IMG/VR virus record: IMGVR_UViG_3300042384_000211
Coordinates: 76,800 to 140,799 of that record
Source of the DNA: a virus
Strand: one strand, 5' to 3'
DNA: 64,000 nucleotides
Positions 47,521 through 57,686 of the stretch are shown here, in pieces (position 1 is the first letter of the stretch; every line of letters starts with the position of its first letter). The translations under genes and the position numbers were made by a program. Below the pieces are notes generated by a model. The model worked only from the letters and a program-made list of their open reading frames with translations. It was not told the origin of the DNA and searched no databases.

Positions 47521-48546
47521 TTATCGCAAGATAGATTTTATTTTATCATATAATTTATGATCATTGAGATAAGTTTTATTCATGTATTCTAATTTAGAAA
47601 TATTTCTAATTAATGTAAGATTTTGATTTAATCGATCATAGAATTGTTCCTTAAGTACTATTTGGCGGTCTAAATCATTAATTAAATCTAAATTTCTTAA
47701 TACTGCTTCTACACATCGTTTTCCTGGATGTTCAATATATTGATAACTATGATCAATGATATCGTCAAATATATCTAATCCAAGTTTAGCGGCTGTTTCA
47801 GCTGACTTCCATCCTCCTACCCAAATTAAAAAATGTCCTGAATATATAGACATAATAGTTTTTTCACTAAGATGATTGCCATTTTCAAAAAATGTGGGTT
47901 CTGTTATTAACGATAGTGTCGCATCTTTAAATAACTGATTATACAAACATTGATCAAAATAAGCAGTATTATCTAACATACTATCATGAAACCCGCTGGT
48001 CCTACGGTCACCCTGGCCTATCCAACGTTTAGCCAGCGTATTTGATGTATCGATAGCATAATCAGTTCCATGTAAAAATTCATCTAAGGCTATTTTATCA
48101 CATTCGTCAGTTGAATATAATATATCTTGTGGAGACATCAAATTGGCTAATGTAGTTGACAAAATTTGTCTATTAGGTCTGATTTTGTTCATCATGGCGG
48201 TTAACTTTTTTGTAGGCCTAACAGTTGGTACACTTGTCCAATCCGGAAACTTCGTTAAGAACTCTTTAGATTCTGTAATTAAAAAATTATTTGTGTATAC
48301 CGCGTGTTCTTTAGAAAAGTCATCAAAACACATATAACTATCAAACACAAAAATTTTTTTAGTATGATCAATATTAGCTGATTGAAATAAATCAAAAATG
48401 GAATTTTTAAAATAAGCTTCTTTACCCTTTATACTTGTTCGTGCATCACTAACTATAGGCATATGATCCTCAACAAATATTATATCACTGTGAACGAACT
48501 CACTATCTAAAGATGTAGTGTGGGGGAATATTGTAGGATAATTCAT
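47521..48546 (-). CDS. Hypothetical protein, possibly glycosyltransferase-like
   Basis: SLITEP..LSEKT..GLDIFDDIIDHSY pattern. Confidence 0.5.
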   Translation of the reverse strand: MNYPTIFPHTTSLDSEFVHSDIIFVEDHMPIVSDARTSIKGKEAYFKNSIFDLFQSANIDHTKKIFVFDSYMCFDDFSKEHAVYTNNFLITESKEFLTKFPDWTSVPTVRPTKKLTAMMNKIRPNRQILSTTLANLMSPQDILYSTDECDKIALDEFLHGTDYAIDTSNTLAKRWIGQGDRRTSGFHDSMLDNTAYFDQCLYNQLFKDATLSLITEPTFFENGNHLSEKTIMSIYSGHFLIWVGGWKSAETAAKLGLDIFDDIIDHSYQYIEHPGKRCVEAVLRNLDLINDLDRQIVLKEQFYDRLNQNLTLIRNISKLEYMNKTYLNDHKLYDKIKSILR

Positions 48547-48605
48547 ATTGTCTTGTTACCTTAGCTTGAATAGTTATTATTCTAAAAAGCAATGTATTTA
48601 TTAAA

Positions 48606-49994
48606 TCATTCTACTTTTTTAAGTCCAGCCAACATACTTTTAAGTTTACTGCTGTTTACTTCTGCATTGATTTTAGGACTGTCGTCTTTGACTGTAGACC
48701 CAGTTTTGATGTTGTTTAATACATTATTGACATTACGTGTTGCACCAAGATTGTCGCCCGACATATCTTCGCCTTCGTCGGTGATACGCATAGTTTCGAT
48801 GTTGTAGGTCAAGTCAATTTTATGTCCTACACCTGTTGAACTACGTGACTTCATACACTGTAGTTGATACTTACCGCGTTCTTTCATAGCACGACTTGTA
48901 AAGATACCAAACACGTTATCAGCTGTGTTGATCTTACTAATACCACCAGCAATATGACTATGGTCAAATTCAATTTCTTCAACGGCACTACGATTCAACT
49001 GTGACGCAGTTACTAGCAAGACATTAAGTTCTTTAGCCAAGTTACGTAGTTCTTCTGCTACATATTTGTCTTTGATAAACTGATCGTTGGGATTAACTTT
49101 AACACTCACCGGCATGACCAAATCTAAATAGTCTACCATAACAAAGTCCACACGAATACCAGTTTGAATCTGTACTTCTTTTAAGTAACTGCGAATGTCG
49201 TTGACTGTGCTCTGTGCCGGAAATCCTTTAACTTGATATTGTCCAGACTTCTTACCTACCATCTTAACTTTAAGTTCAGTTGTGTCAATGTCTTTGCGAA
49301 TGTCTTTAGTACTCATACCTGTTAACATAGCATCAGTTCTAAGACTACATAGTTCTTCACTTAACTCTAAAGTCACATACACACCACTGAGTCCGGCCTG
49401 TAGCCAACTAAGTGCAATGTTCATCATAACCAAACTCTTACCTGAACCAGAACCTCCAGCAAAAATGTTTAGCTCGCCACGACTAAAGCCACCGTAAAGT
49501 ATCTTATCCATCTGAGGCCAGCCTGTTGACACTTGACCACCACTGTTAAAGTACTTGTCAATACGTGCTCTAGGATCATTAAAATAGTTTGTGCCCATGT
49601 CTTTGGTTAGACTAATCTGCACTGCATCTTTGATCAATTTCTCAACTGGATCATAGTCACCTTTTTCTAATAGATCAGCTGCGGCCAAAATAGCACGACT
49701 GATTTCTTGTTGTTTAGTAAAGCCTTCAAACTCAGTCATAAACCAATTATAATGATCTTCAGTTAGATCCGGTACGTGTTTAAGTGTGACTGTGGTCACT
49801 GCTTGTACTTGATCAATAGTAGGCAGTGTTCTATATTCGTCACTGTGCTGTTTGATAAATTTAGCTGCTTCACGTAGACTTCTATCGAAGTTTTCGGGAT
49901 TATAGATGTTTTGTACCCGCACGTAACTCTGCGGGTCTTGTAACATCATTTCTAAAAATAATTTTTGTAAATCGCTTGTATATTCTTTAGCCAT
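48606..49994 (-). CDS. Replicative DnaB-family helicase (T4 gp41-like)
   Basis: GGSGSGKS Walker A, VDYLDL, TASQLNR, KSR. Confidence 0.95.
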   Translation of the reverse strand: MAKEYTSDLQKLFLEMMLQDPQSYVRVQNIYNPENFDRSLREAAKFIKQHSDEYRTLPTIDQVQAVTTVTLKHVPDLTEDHYNWFMTEFEGFTKQQEISRAILAAADLLEKGDYDPVEKLIKDAVQISLTKDMGTNYFNDPRARIDKYFNSGGQVSTGWPQMDKILYGGFSRGELNIFAGGSGSGKSLVMMNIALSWLQAGLSGVYVTLELSEELCSLRTDAMLTGMSTKDIRKDIDTTELKVKMVGKKSGQYQVKGFPAQSTVNDIRSYLKEVQIQTGIRVDFVMVDYLDLVMPVSVKVNPNDQFIKDKYVAEELRNLAKELNVLLVTASQLNRSAVEEIEFDHSHIAGGISKINTADNVFGIFTSRAMKERGKYQLQCMKSRSSTGVGHKIDLTYNIETMRITDEGEDMSGDNLGATRNVNNVLNNIKTGSTVKDDSPKINAEVNSSKLKSMLAGLKKVE

Positions 49995-50000
49995 AATTAA

Positions 50001-50720
50001 TTATATAATCTTTTCTTTGTGTTTGCAATTATTTCCGTGCCATCTGTTAAAATTTGTATTACTAACTTCTTTTTGACAATGTGGACATTTATTTTTTATT
50101 AGTGCTCGTTCTTTTGCTTTCTGCGATTGCAGTGCTTTTGTTTTAATAGATACCAGTTTACCTCGATGAATATCACCTATTTTTTTACATGTATCTAAAG
50201 ACCGTTTTTTTCCTGTATTTTTGGCAACTCTCTTAGCAATAGTCTCCGGTGATTGTGTTGTTCCTGTCCTTGCTTTACGAATTTTGTCCTTTGTACTGGC
50301 AGACAATGCTCTGCCTGATTGGGCCAACGACATTTTTTTTAATGTGTCTTTTGTAAATTTTTTTCGTTTCTTACCTGTGTGTGCATCTGATATCTTTTGT
50401 TTTGTTTCGTCCGAATGAACTCTTCCAATTGTACTCTTAAATCTTTTCTGTCTATAATGGCAATTTTTATTTAATAAAAGAGGATTATTCCATTGCTCAT
50501 AAATTAATTTTTGTTCATAATCATATGCATCATTACCATTATCAAATTCTGCAACTACTATCCATTCAAATTCGTCAAATATAGGATTAACTTTTTTTGA
50601 TGATGTTCTATACTTCACTAAGTCATCTATTCCAGAATCTGTATTTTTCTCTCGATAGCCAATGTAAATTTCCCTTGATACTTTATGTTCACCTTTGTAT
50701 ACGTAAGGTTTTGCCTTCAT
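50001..50720 (-). mobile_element. Homing endonuclease, GIY-YIG-like with NUMOD3 repeats
   Basis: PYVY..IYIGYR, HSDETKQKIS, C-terminal CPHC. Confidence 0.8.
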
Positions 50721-50748
50721 AATGTCATCCTCTTATAACATTATTTAT
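50719..50748 (-). promoter_or_regulatory. Late promoter plus RBS/ATG-sequestering hairpin
   Basis: ATAATGTTA-TAAGAGGA-TGACATTAT(G); 5' arm overlaps ATAAATA. Confidence 0.7.
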
Positions 50749-51781
50749 CAAACATTCTCTTTGAAAGCAATTTAATTTTTAATGCTGACGATTCTCGAGC
50801 TTGTAAAATTGAGGCTAACACGAACAGCTTACCATATTTAACCACAGCATCACTAATGTCCTTGCAGTCTGTGTCTTCTTGCCAAACAGGAAATGCTACA
50901 CTCCATCCATACTTGATGGCTGCATCTACTAACTTACTGCCACTCTTATCAGCATCAGCTACTACAATAACTTCACGGCCAAGTGCGTCAATTATGTCAG
51001 CTTGAACATCACTGACTTCATTGCCCAGCACTGCTACCCCATCTATGCTCATTGCATCAAATGGTCCTTCACAAACAACGACAAACTTCCAATCATGCAG
51101 TTGATTGTTGGTATTGAACACCATATTAGGTTCATAATGGCTGTAATACTTAGGCTTAACTCCATCAGTAAAAGCACGACTGGTATAACCTATAGTCCGT
51201 CCTTCCCAAATCATAGGAATAATCACACGTTGATGTAGGCTGTGCTCTGTTGAGTCAGTCCAATAAAAGTCATATTTACCAGTGTTAATTTTACGAGCCT
51301 TAACATAGTCAACTGCTGAATTTAACAGTGAAGGAACATTATTAAAGTCATCTAATAGATGATGTGTTAGCAGTTGCTGAAAACTTACTGCATCTTTTGG
51401 TAATTCACGAACTTTAAACTCAATCTTTTCTTCTGGTTCTTTTACCTGTTCTGGTGCTACTAGGTCTTTGATACGGATAGCTTCAATTACTAAGCGTTTA
51501 ACATCACTGTCTGCTGCACCCATCCAGGATAATAGTTTACGAAACTTAAATGTTAAGTGCCTACCTGGTTGATAACTGGCTTTGAAATTACAATTAAAAC
51601 ACGAATAGGAAATATTACCGTTATCATCAATATGAATTCCGCCACGGCCTCGGGTATCTGTAGTTTGTCCGTTGTGTGCGCAGCAAACAGCATTTCCTGA
51701 AATCCAGCCAGATGGACTCGTTTTAGTTTTTCTACCTAATTTCCATAAATTCACAGCAAAGTCTGATACAATTTTAATCAA
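50741..51781 (-). CDS. DNA primase (T4 gp61-like)
   Basis: Zn-binding CC.H / CFNC, TOPRIM CEGPFDA, DADKSG, KDISD. Confidence 0.92.
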   Translation of the reverse strand: MIKIVSDFAVNLWKLGRKTKTSPSGWISGNAVCCAHNGQTTDTRGRGGIHIDDNGNISYSCFNCNFKASYQPGRHLTFKFRKLLSWMGAADSDVKRLVIEAIRIKDLVAPEQVKEPEEKIEFKVRELPKDAVSFQQLLTHHLLDDFNNVPSLLNSAVDYVKARKINTGKYDFYWTDSTEHSLHQRVIIPMIWEGRTIGYTSRAFTDGVKPKYYSHYEPNMVFNTNNQLHDWKFVVVCEGPFDAMSIDGVAVLGNEVSDVQADIIDALGREVIVVADADKSGSKLVDAAIKYGWSVAFPVWQEDTDCKDISDAVVKYGKLFVLASILQARESSALKIKLLSKRMFDK

Positions 51782-52433
51782 TGCGCTTTACTTTCCAGTT
51801 ATTGTTATCTTTACGAGTGCGAGTTGTAACTGTATTATTATAACACTTTCTATATGCATTAAACAACTGCCAATAGCCTATTTTTAATTCATTTTCGTAT
51901 AATTTGGCAAAATCTTTTAATCCCAGGTCAGTTTCCCAAATTTGACCATTAGGTGATTCTATTAGATATTTGCCTTTATGTGCGTCACTCTTGCGTTTTT
52001 TTGTTTCTTCTGTATCCGGATTATTTGCATATCGACACAGTTGGCCTTTACTACAATTAGCACTTCGTTGTTCTTTTTTCTTAGGACTCATCGTTCGATG
52101 ATGTTTAAGTGCCAATTCTTTTGCTAACACAGGATCTACACCATCTCCTCCGGTTGTCATATTATATCCCTCAGTAACAGAATTATAGTATTGTATCCAA
52201 AATATTTCTCGTTCGTTTAACTGTTCTTTAGTCCAAGTATCATCTTGTTCTATTATTTCAAACTTCATATTTTGCCAGCTATATTTTTTGATAGCGTTAG
52301 CAACCTTTCTGTCTGTTTTATCGTACTTTTCTAACTTTTTATACCATTTTTCCTTTTCGATAAATGGTATTGAAGATTGACCCACGTAAACTTTAGATGA
52401 CGGTGATGTTATTAGATAAATGAATTTTGACAT
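51774..52433 (-). mobile_element. GIY-YIG homing endonuclease
   Basis: FIYLIT..KVYVGQS, EREIFWI..YNS..GYNMTTGG; ATG 52433 lies 5 nt after ATAAATA. Confidence 0.9.
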
Positions 52434-52457
52434 ATAAGTATTTATGTCAACTTGCAA

Positions 52458-52520
52458 TTAAAACAAATTCTTTTTAGCAGGCAGTAGGCTTTTAACAAAG
52501 TCAGAGATGATATTCAGCAT
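52458..52520 (-). pseudogene. Remnant 5' end of the primase gene (20 aa)
   Basis: MLNIISDFVKSLLPAKKNLF-stop parallels the primase start MIKIVSDFAVNLWKLGRK. Confidence 0.7.
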
Positions 52521-52527
52521 ATACTAT

Positions 52528-52556
52528 ATTATATGCTAATTGTTAGTTTAAGTCAA
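52528..52556 (-). promoter_or_regulatory. sigma70 promoter of the primase-helicase unit
   Basis: TTGACT-N17-TATAAT, ATG 7 nt downstream. Confidence 0.8.
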
Positions 52557-52565
52557 GAGATTTGA

Positions 52566-53003
52566 TTAATAAACGTTTGAGATAACTTGCATTTGTCCGG
52601 CCGCACCCCAATTGTCATCAGTGTATGCAGGTAGTGTTAAGTTACCTACTGCTGGCCCAGTGTAGCTCACTGTGTAATTGTAGTATTCTTGTGTTAGGTT
52701 CGCAACGTTTGCTTGGTCCAATGTAACCGTACCAACCGAAGTAGTTATACTAGTGATATTAGCAGTAGTCGACCATACCGTTACATTACCATCTGTCAGC
52801 GCAAATGTAAAATCTCTACTTACAACATTAGCAGGCTTTTGGTCATTGTTTCTAAATTGAATTGTGATAATATTGTCAATATTTTTATAAACTTTCACTG
52901 TTCTGCTATACACGATTCTATTCCTTGTTTTAATTGTGGGATCATCATCCAATACTTGAACCTCGATAATATTTTCATATAAATATGAAGTAATTTTAGA
53001 CAT
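52566..53003 (-). CDS. Hypothetical beta-sandwich virion-like protein
   Basis: [15 protein letters not shown]; late promoter upstream. Confidence 0.65.
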   Translation of the reverse strand: MSKITSYLYENIIEVQVLDDDPTIKTRNRIVYSRTVKVYKNIDNIITIQFRNNDQKPANVVSRDFTFALTDGNVTVWSTTANITSITTSVGTVTLDQANVANLTQEYYNYTVSYTGPAVGNLTLPAYTDDNWGAAGQMQVISNVY

Positions 53004-53049
53004 AATAACTAATCCTGTTTATGTATTTATAGTATCAACGGAAGTTTAT

Positions 53050-53550
53050 ATGCATTATTATATCGGTAAGGGTAAGAAAAATCGAGCATACCAAAAACAT
53101 TCATGTTCTGTTCCAACAGACTCGGCTAATATTATATTTCTTGAAACTAATTTATCCGATATAGGCTCACTTGCACTCGAACGACGTATGATTAGCTGGT
53201 ATGGAAGAAAAGATCTAGGAACCGGTATATTACTTAATAGAACAGATGGCGGCGATGGCGCATCGAATCGTTCTATAGAAGCTAAACAAAAACAATCGGA
53301 TAAGATGAAAGGCAGAACGAGTCCTAAACTAGGAATTCCAACCGGGCGCAAGTTAGTGTATTCCGATGAAGCAAAGCAAAAAATGTCTATTGCTAAATTA
53401 GGAAAGGCACGGGCGGCATTTACTGCCGAAACTAAAGAAAAAATGTCAAAATCAGGTAAGGGCAGAATCTTTACAGGCCAGCACCGCGAAAAATTAGCAG
53501 AATCTAATAGAAAAAGATGGGCTGCAATTAAAACTGCGAGTTCTGCTTAA
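53050..53550 (+). mobile_element. N-terminally deleted GIY-YIG/NUMOD3 homing endonuclease
   Basis: [26 protein letters not shown]; paralog of 33483..34175 lacking the first motif. Confidence 0.75.
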
Positions 53551-53590
53551 CACTAAATAAACTGAATAGTTAGTGTTTATACGGAACCCA

Positions 53591-53962
53591 ATGGAAGATA
53601 GTTACAAGAATTTATTAGATCAATACCCGTTTTTAAGTTATCTTACCTATGGCGGCAATGAATATATAGGCATCATACAGAACAGTGATGAAATTATCAC
53701 TACTATCTATGACTATGCCTTACTAAAGACTCTAGACCAAAAAGGTCGTTATTTAGAACTAGCAGATCAGTGGTGGTGGGAAAGTAATAGATTAATACCG
53801 ATCAATGTGTTTTTAAAACAGGATTGGATAGAGTTTAGAGTTTGCTTAAAGACATTCAACAGCAAGGACGTAATTATACAGCACGGTCCTTATATCAGTC
53901 TTAAAGAAATTGCAAACAAACGCAGTAAGCGTCGTAGTATTACCTTAGTTAGGAAGATGTAA
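53591..53962 (+). CDS. Hypothetical protein
   Basis: YPFLS..EYIGIIQN..WWWESNRLIPINVFL. Confidence 0.75.
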   Translation: MEDSYKNLLDQYPFLSYLTYGGNEYIGIIQNSDEIITTIYDYALLKTLDQKGRYLELADQWWWESNRLIPINVFLKQDWIEFRVCLKTFNSKDVIIQHGPYISLKEIANKRSKRRSITLVRKM

Positions 53963-54521
53963 GTAAGTTAAGGTTTATCACAACCAATTGCGAATACGCA
54001 ATCGAATGACTTTTCTTAAAGTAATAAGTATCATCTGCAGGTCGATCCCAAACAGTTTCTGCAACTTCCTTCCAAGTCTTACCAGCTAAGTGTCTTTTTG
54101 CAGGACGTATAATAGCCAAGAACATAGCCAGTCTAGCAATAGTGTCCACAGGTTCGGGCATCTGTAATAACAGATCATAGTGCCCATTAACATGCATTAG
54201 TTTTGCACAGACTTCTGGATCATATAATCGAGCCCAATCCGGCTCTCGCATCAACTCTATTAGGTGAGTTTCGTCACGTACCTGCTTGTATAGATTTACA
54301 TTAAGAAAGTCTAATTTAACATAGCCACGGTCTTCAGCTACATCATAGTCTAAACTTGCCTGTCCGGTAAATGGATCTTGCGGAATGTCCGTTACATAGA
54401 TTCCAGACGCATGTTTTCGAAAATTACCATTGGTTAGTATGCTCGCAGGTACATGATCTATTAAATTCAATATCTCTGTTCGGTCGGCAAAATCTATATC
54501 TATATCACTTTTAAATTTCAT
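53949..54521 (-). CDS. Miniature DNA polymerase III alpha (DnaE)-like protein
   Basis: DIDIDF, KHASGIYV, KLDFL, AIIRP, YFKKSHSIAY. Confidence 0.8.
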   Translation of the reverse strand: MKFKSDIDIDFADRTEILNLIDHVPASILTNGNFRKHASGIYVTDIPQDPFTGQASLDYDVAEDRGYVKLDFLNVNLYKQVRDETHLIELMREPDWARLYDPEVCAKLMHVNGHYDLLLQMPEPVDTIARLAMFLAIIRPAKRHLAGKTWKEVAETVWDRPADDTYYFKKSHSIAYSQLVVINLNLLTSS

Positions 54522-54709
54522 AGTCGTTCTACTCTCATACCAGGCATGTCAGCAAATGGATCCTGTGGCTGTTGTTTAGCATCATGCAACTCTCCAACTT
54601 GCTTTTCTATTTTATCCACGGCAAATTTCATCAATAGTAGTTCAGTTTGTACATTGACCAAATCACCTTTAATTTCATGTAACAGATCACGCAGTTCTTG
54701 GTCAATCAT
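54518..54709 (-). CDS. Small coiled-coil hypothetical protein
   Basis: ATGA-coupled start MIDQELRDLL. Confidence 0.6.
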   Translation of the reverse strand: MIDQELRDLLHEIKGDLVNVQTELLLMKFAVDKIEKQVGELHDAKQQPQDPFADMPGMRVERL

Positions 54710-55446
54710 AAGCCTGCCGCCTTTAAGATCATCTTGATCCATTCGGTATCAGCTACATAGTCTTTGAATCGACGTTGCCAATGGTCTGGGTCAATCCAAC
54801 TAATAATAATAGCTATCTGTTCTTCACTCAATGAATCTAAAAAAGCAATACCCGAATCACAGTTGTAAACAACCCAAGGGCTAATACGGCCGTTGGCTAT
54901 ATGATGGCAGATTCTATTACTGTTGCCACTTTGAAAATATCCGCTGAGTCCTTGTTTAATTTCTGGATGTTCATCCACATACTCCTGCATTTCAATTAAT
55001 GCACGTTCCAATGCGTCTTGTGCCGCTTCACGCTTTAGATACTGATGTAAGTATTCTACATATATTGCTTCATGTGACCATTGATCAAGTTTTTTGTTTT
55101 GTTTGATAACCCAGTCAATAAATGCACGTGGATTAACAGCACGTATAGCCTGCATGTGCCGCCCAAATGCCACAAATGCCAAATAGTATGGACTAGCGAC
55201 AAAGTCTGCGTAGCTTTTTAGTTTTGCACTGCCCTGTGTTACTTCAAAGAAGCGTAGGTATGCTTGAAGTCCAAACTGCACACCCATTTCTTTTTCTTGT
55301 TGCCAGCGACGTTTGGGCTCACACTGATGCGCCGCAAGTGTTGAAAGTTTACGAAAAGATTTTTGGCAATATTTACAAATAGCAGTTTCTGTTGTCATAT
55401 TTTTGTCTTTATTTTCTTGCCAAACTTTAATTATTTGATCTATCAT
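54706..55446 (-). CDS. Hypothetical protein with an N-terminal zinc finger
   Basis: CKYCQKSF....L..H.C; GRISPW. Confidence 0.75.
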   Translation of the reverse strand: MIDQIIKVWQENKDKNMTTETAICKYCQKSFRKLSTLAAHQCEPKRRWQQEKEMGVQFGLQAYLRFFEVTQGSAKLKSYADFVASPYYLAFVAFGRHMQAIRAVNPRAFIDWVIKQNKKLDQWSHEAIYVEYLHQYLKREAAQDALERALIEMQEYVDEHPEIKQGLSGYFQSGNSNRICHHIANGRISPWVVYNCDSGIAFLDSLSEEQIAIIISWIDPDHWQRRFKDYVADTEWIKMILKAAGL

Positions 55447-55497
55447 TGTTTATTTATTGCTCATCTATGCGACATAAATACTATTAAAGGATTTTAT

Positions 55498-56259
55498 ATG
55501 TTTTTACAAAACAAATACACTATATGGTATAATAACATTATTAGTAATGCTATGTCAAGAACTTTGCCTGCAAGTATCTATACTGAAAAACATCATATAG
55601 TACCAAAATGCCTTGGTGGGGCTGATTCAAAATTAAATATAGTTAAACTTACTGCTAAAGAACACTTTATTTGTCATTTATTACTAACAAAAATGTTAGA
55701 TGGTATCAACAAACATAAAATGATTTATGCCGCTAATAGATTATTATGTATTAGTAAAAACCACCAACGTTACAAAATTAATTCAACTACCTACCAATAT
55801 CTTAAAGAAAAAGTAAGCACAGCAAGATCTATAGATCAAAAAGGAAAACCACAAACTATAGAATCTAACAAAAAACGGTCTGCTACATTAAGAGGCAGAA
55901 AAACTTACACAAGAACACCTGAAATTATTGCAAAGATGCAAGCTACTAAAAAAGCAAATCCTCAAGTTCCTTGGAATAAAGGAAAAACAACTCCACAAAA
56001 AGGAAAAACCTACGAAGAAATTTACGGAGAGCAAAAAGCCCAAAAACTTAAAAAGTGCCGATCAGATTCAATGTTAGGAAGGAAAATCTCCGAACAAACT
56101 AAGGGCATTTGGTCCCTTAATCGCAAAGGTAAAAGAACTCTGTCAGAAAATTCAAATGCAACTCCGGTAACTATTAATGGTGTGCTGTATGGTTCAAAAT
56201 TAGAAGCATGCAATGATCTTAATTTATCACTGTATAAATTAAACAAATTAATATCTTAA
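55498..56259 (+). mobile_element. HNH homing endonuclease, inverted orientation
   Basis: YTEKHHIVPKCLGG..N...LTAKEHFICHLLL; PWNKGK; start ATG 55498 after AAGGA. Confidence 0.9.
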
Positions 56260-56729
56260 AGCTCGGCTTTGATTTGCTTATCGTCAAGTCCAAGTTCTCT
56301 TGCCAGGCGTTCAATATCTCTTTTATCATTTATTTGCGCTAACAGATCAATTTCATCTTGTTTAAGGGTTGGATATAATTTTGCTAAAAACTTCTGTGCT
56401 TTGTTATTGCCTTCTTTCTTTTTAGTACCTTGCCAATAATGATGTTGCTTGCCCATTGCAGGACTAACTGAAGTGCATAATAACCATTGTAGTTTAGGAT
56501 GCTTGTTTAGATCAAAGAAATTTTTGTTTACACGATCATTGGTGGCCATTAGATAATATGCCTGTAGATCACTTGATCCAGCAACACTAGCACCATAGCG
56601 CAACATTAGATATGTACTGAACTTTTTCTTTTCTTCATCAGTAAACTTGTCATAGTATGCACGATCTTTACGATCAAATGCTGCCATTTCATTACCAATG
56701 TAAAGTGGATCGTTATAGTCTACAGCCAT
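56256..56729 (-). CDS. Probable clamp-loader small subunit (T4 gp62-like)
   Basis: Size, YLMLRY..S and KHPKLQW patterns, replication context; weak call. Confidence 0.5.
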   Translation of the reverse strand: MAVDYNDPLYIGNEMAAFDRKDRAYYDKFTDEEKKKFSTYLMLRYGASVAGSSDLQAYYLMATNDRVNKNFFDLNKHPKLQWLLCTSVSPAMGKQHHYWQGTKKKEGNNKAQKFLAKLYPTLKQDEIDLLAQINDKRDIERLARELGLDDKQIKAEL

Positions 56730-56965
56730 TATTTGCCTTTGCGTAGGTAGTTAAGCATTTGATTAACGCTCTGTTGCATATCAGCGTACTTGCTTTTTAG
56801 GCTTTGTATTTCTGCATGTTGTTTGTCTACCAGATGCATTAATCGTTCAAGCGTTATAGTTTGTTCGCGTAGTTTTTTGTCTTGACTTAGTAGGTTAGGG
56901 CGAGGCGGAGCATTAGGATCTACCGCACGTTTTTTCTTTTGTTTAAATTGTAGTGGATTAAACAT
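56729..56965 (-). CDS. Hypothetical coiled-coil protein
   Basis: Operon-coupled ORF. Confidence 0.65.
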   Translation of the reverse strand: MFNPLQFKQKKKRAVDPNAPPRPNLLSQDKKLREQTITLERLMHLVDKQHAEIQSLKSKYADMQQSVNQMLNYLRKGK

Positions 56966-57173
56966 CTTTATATTCCTTGCTTAACTTATATATCATTATA
57001 GCATGATCTAGTACTGATTGTAAAGCGATATTTGTTTCAGCAGCGCGACGAATTTCTCCCCACATTTTACTGTCCATTAGATGTTCACGCAACGGACGGC
57101 CATCATAGGTTCTAAGGTCTATATCTTCGTACATCATGTCATCTGTAATTAAGTCAGGATTAATTTCTACCAT
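56958..57173 (-). CDS. Hypothetical protein
   Basis: Operon-coupled ORF. Confidence 0.65.
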   Translation of the reverse strand: MVEINPDLITDDMMYEDIDLRTYDGRPLREHLMDSKMWGEIRRAAETNIALQSVLDHAIMIYKLSKEYKDV

Positions 57174-57667
57174 ATTTTACTGTAGTCCACTACTTCGCTT
57201 TGACGACTGATATCTTTGATAAAATAAGCACATAAAGGATTTTCGCCTTCTGTGATAGGCACTGCCAACATCTGTCCGGGTTTAAGTTTAGGAAAGTACC
57301 ATTTAACATCTTGGTAGATGTCTACAATCTCAATTGGATGAAACTCAGGTTTATAGCTGCCCATTGGGTTAAATGCAAACACACTAAACCCACGATCGTT
57401 GATTGATGTTAAAGGAATGACTTCCAAATCACCAAAGTCTGGCTCACCAATAAGCACCTGCCAGTCCACAGGCATTTTTACCAAATTACCACCAATGTTT
57501 AATACCAGTGCCGGACTGTTAAAACTTTCTAAGAAAATAAGTGGAATAAAGAAGTAGTCTGGATTCTTTGGATCACTGTTGTCTAAAATAGCAAATCGTA
57601 GATCATCTACCTCATCAGGGATCTCGTTCATTTCGTACGCGGTGTTTTCTAAGGTGAGGATGTGAAT
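57167..57667 (-). CDS. Hypothetical protein, probable ATT start
   Basis: AAGGAG-7nt-ATT CAC ATC CTC is in frame with the track ORF at 57631. Confidence 0.65.
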   Translation of the reverse strand: MHILTLENTAYEMNEIPDEVDDLRFAILDNSDPKNPDYFFIPLIFLESFNSPALVLNIGGNLVKMPVDWQVLIGEPDFGDLEVIPLTSINDRGFSVFAFNPMGSYKPEFHPIEIVDIYQDVKWYFPKLKPGQMLAVPITEGENPLCAYFIKDISRQSEVVDYSKIW

Positions 57668-57686
57668 TTTAATGCTCCTTGATTAA

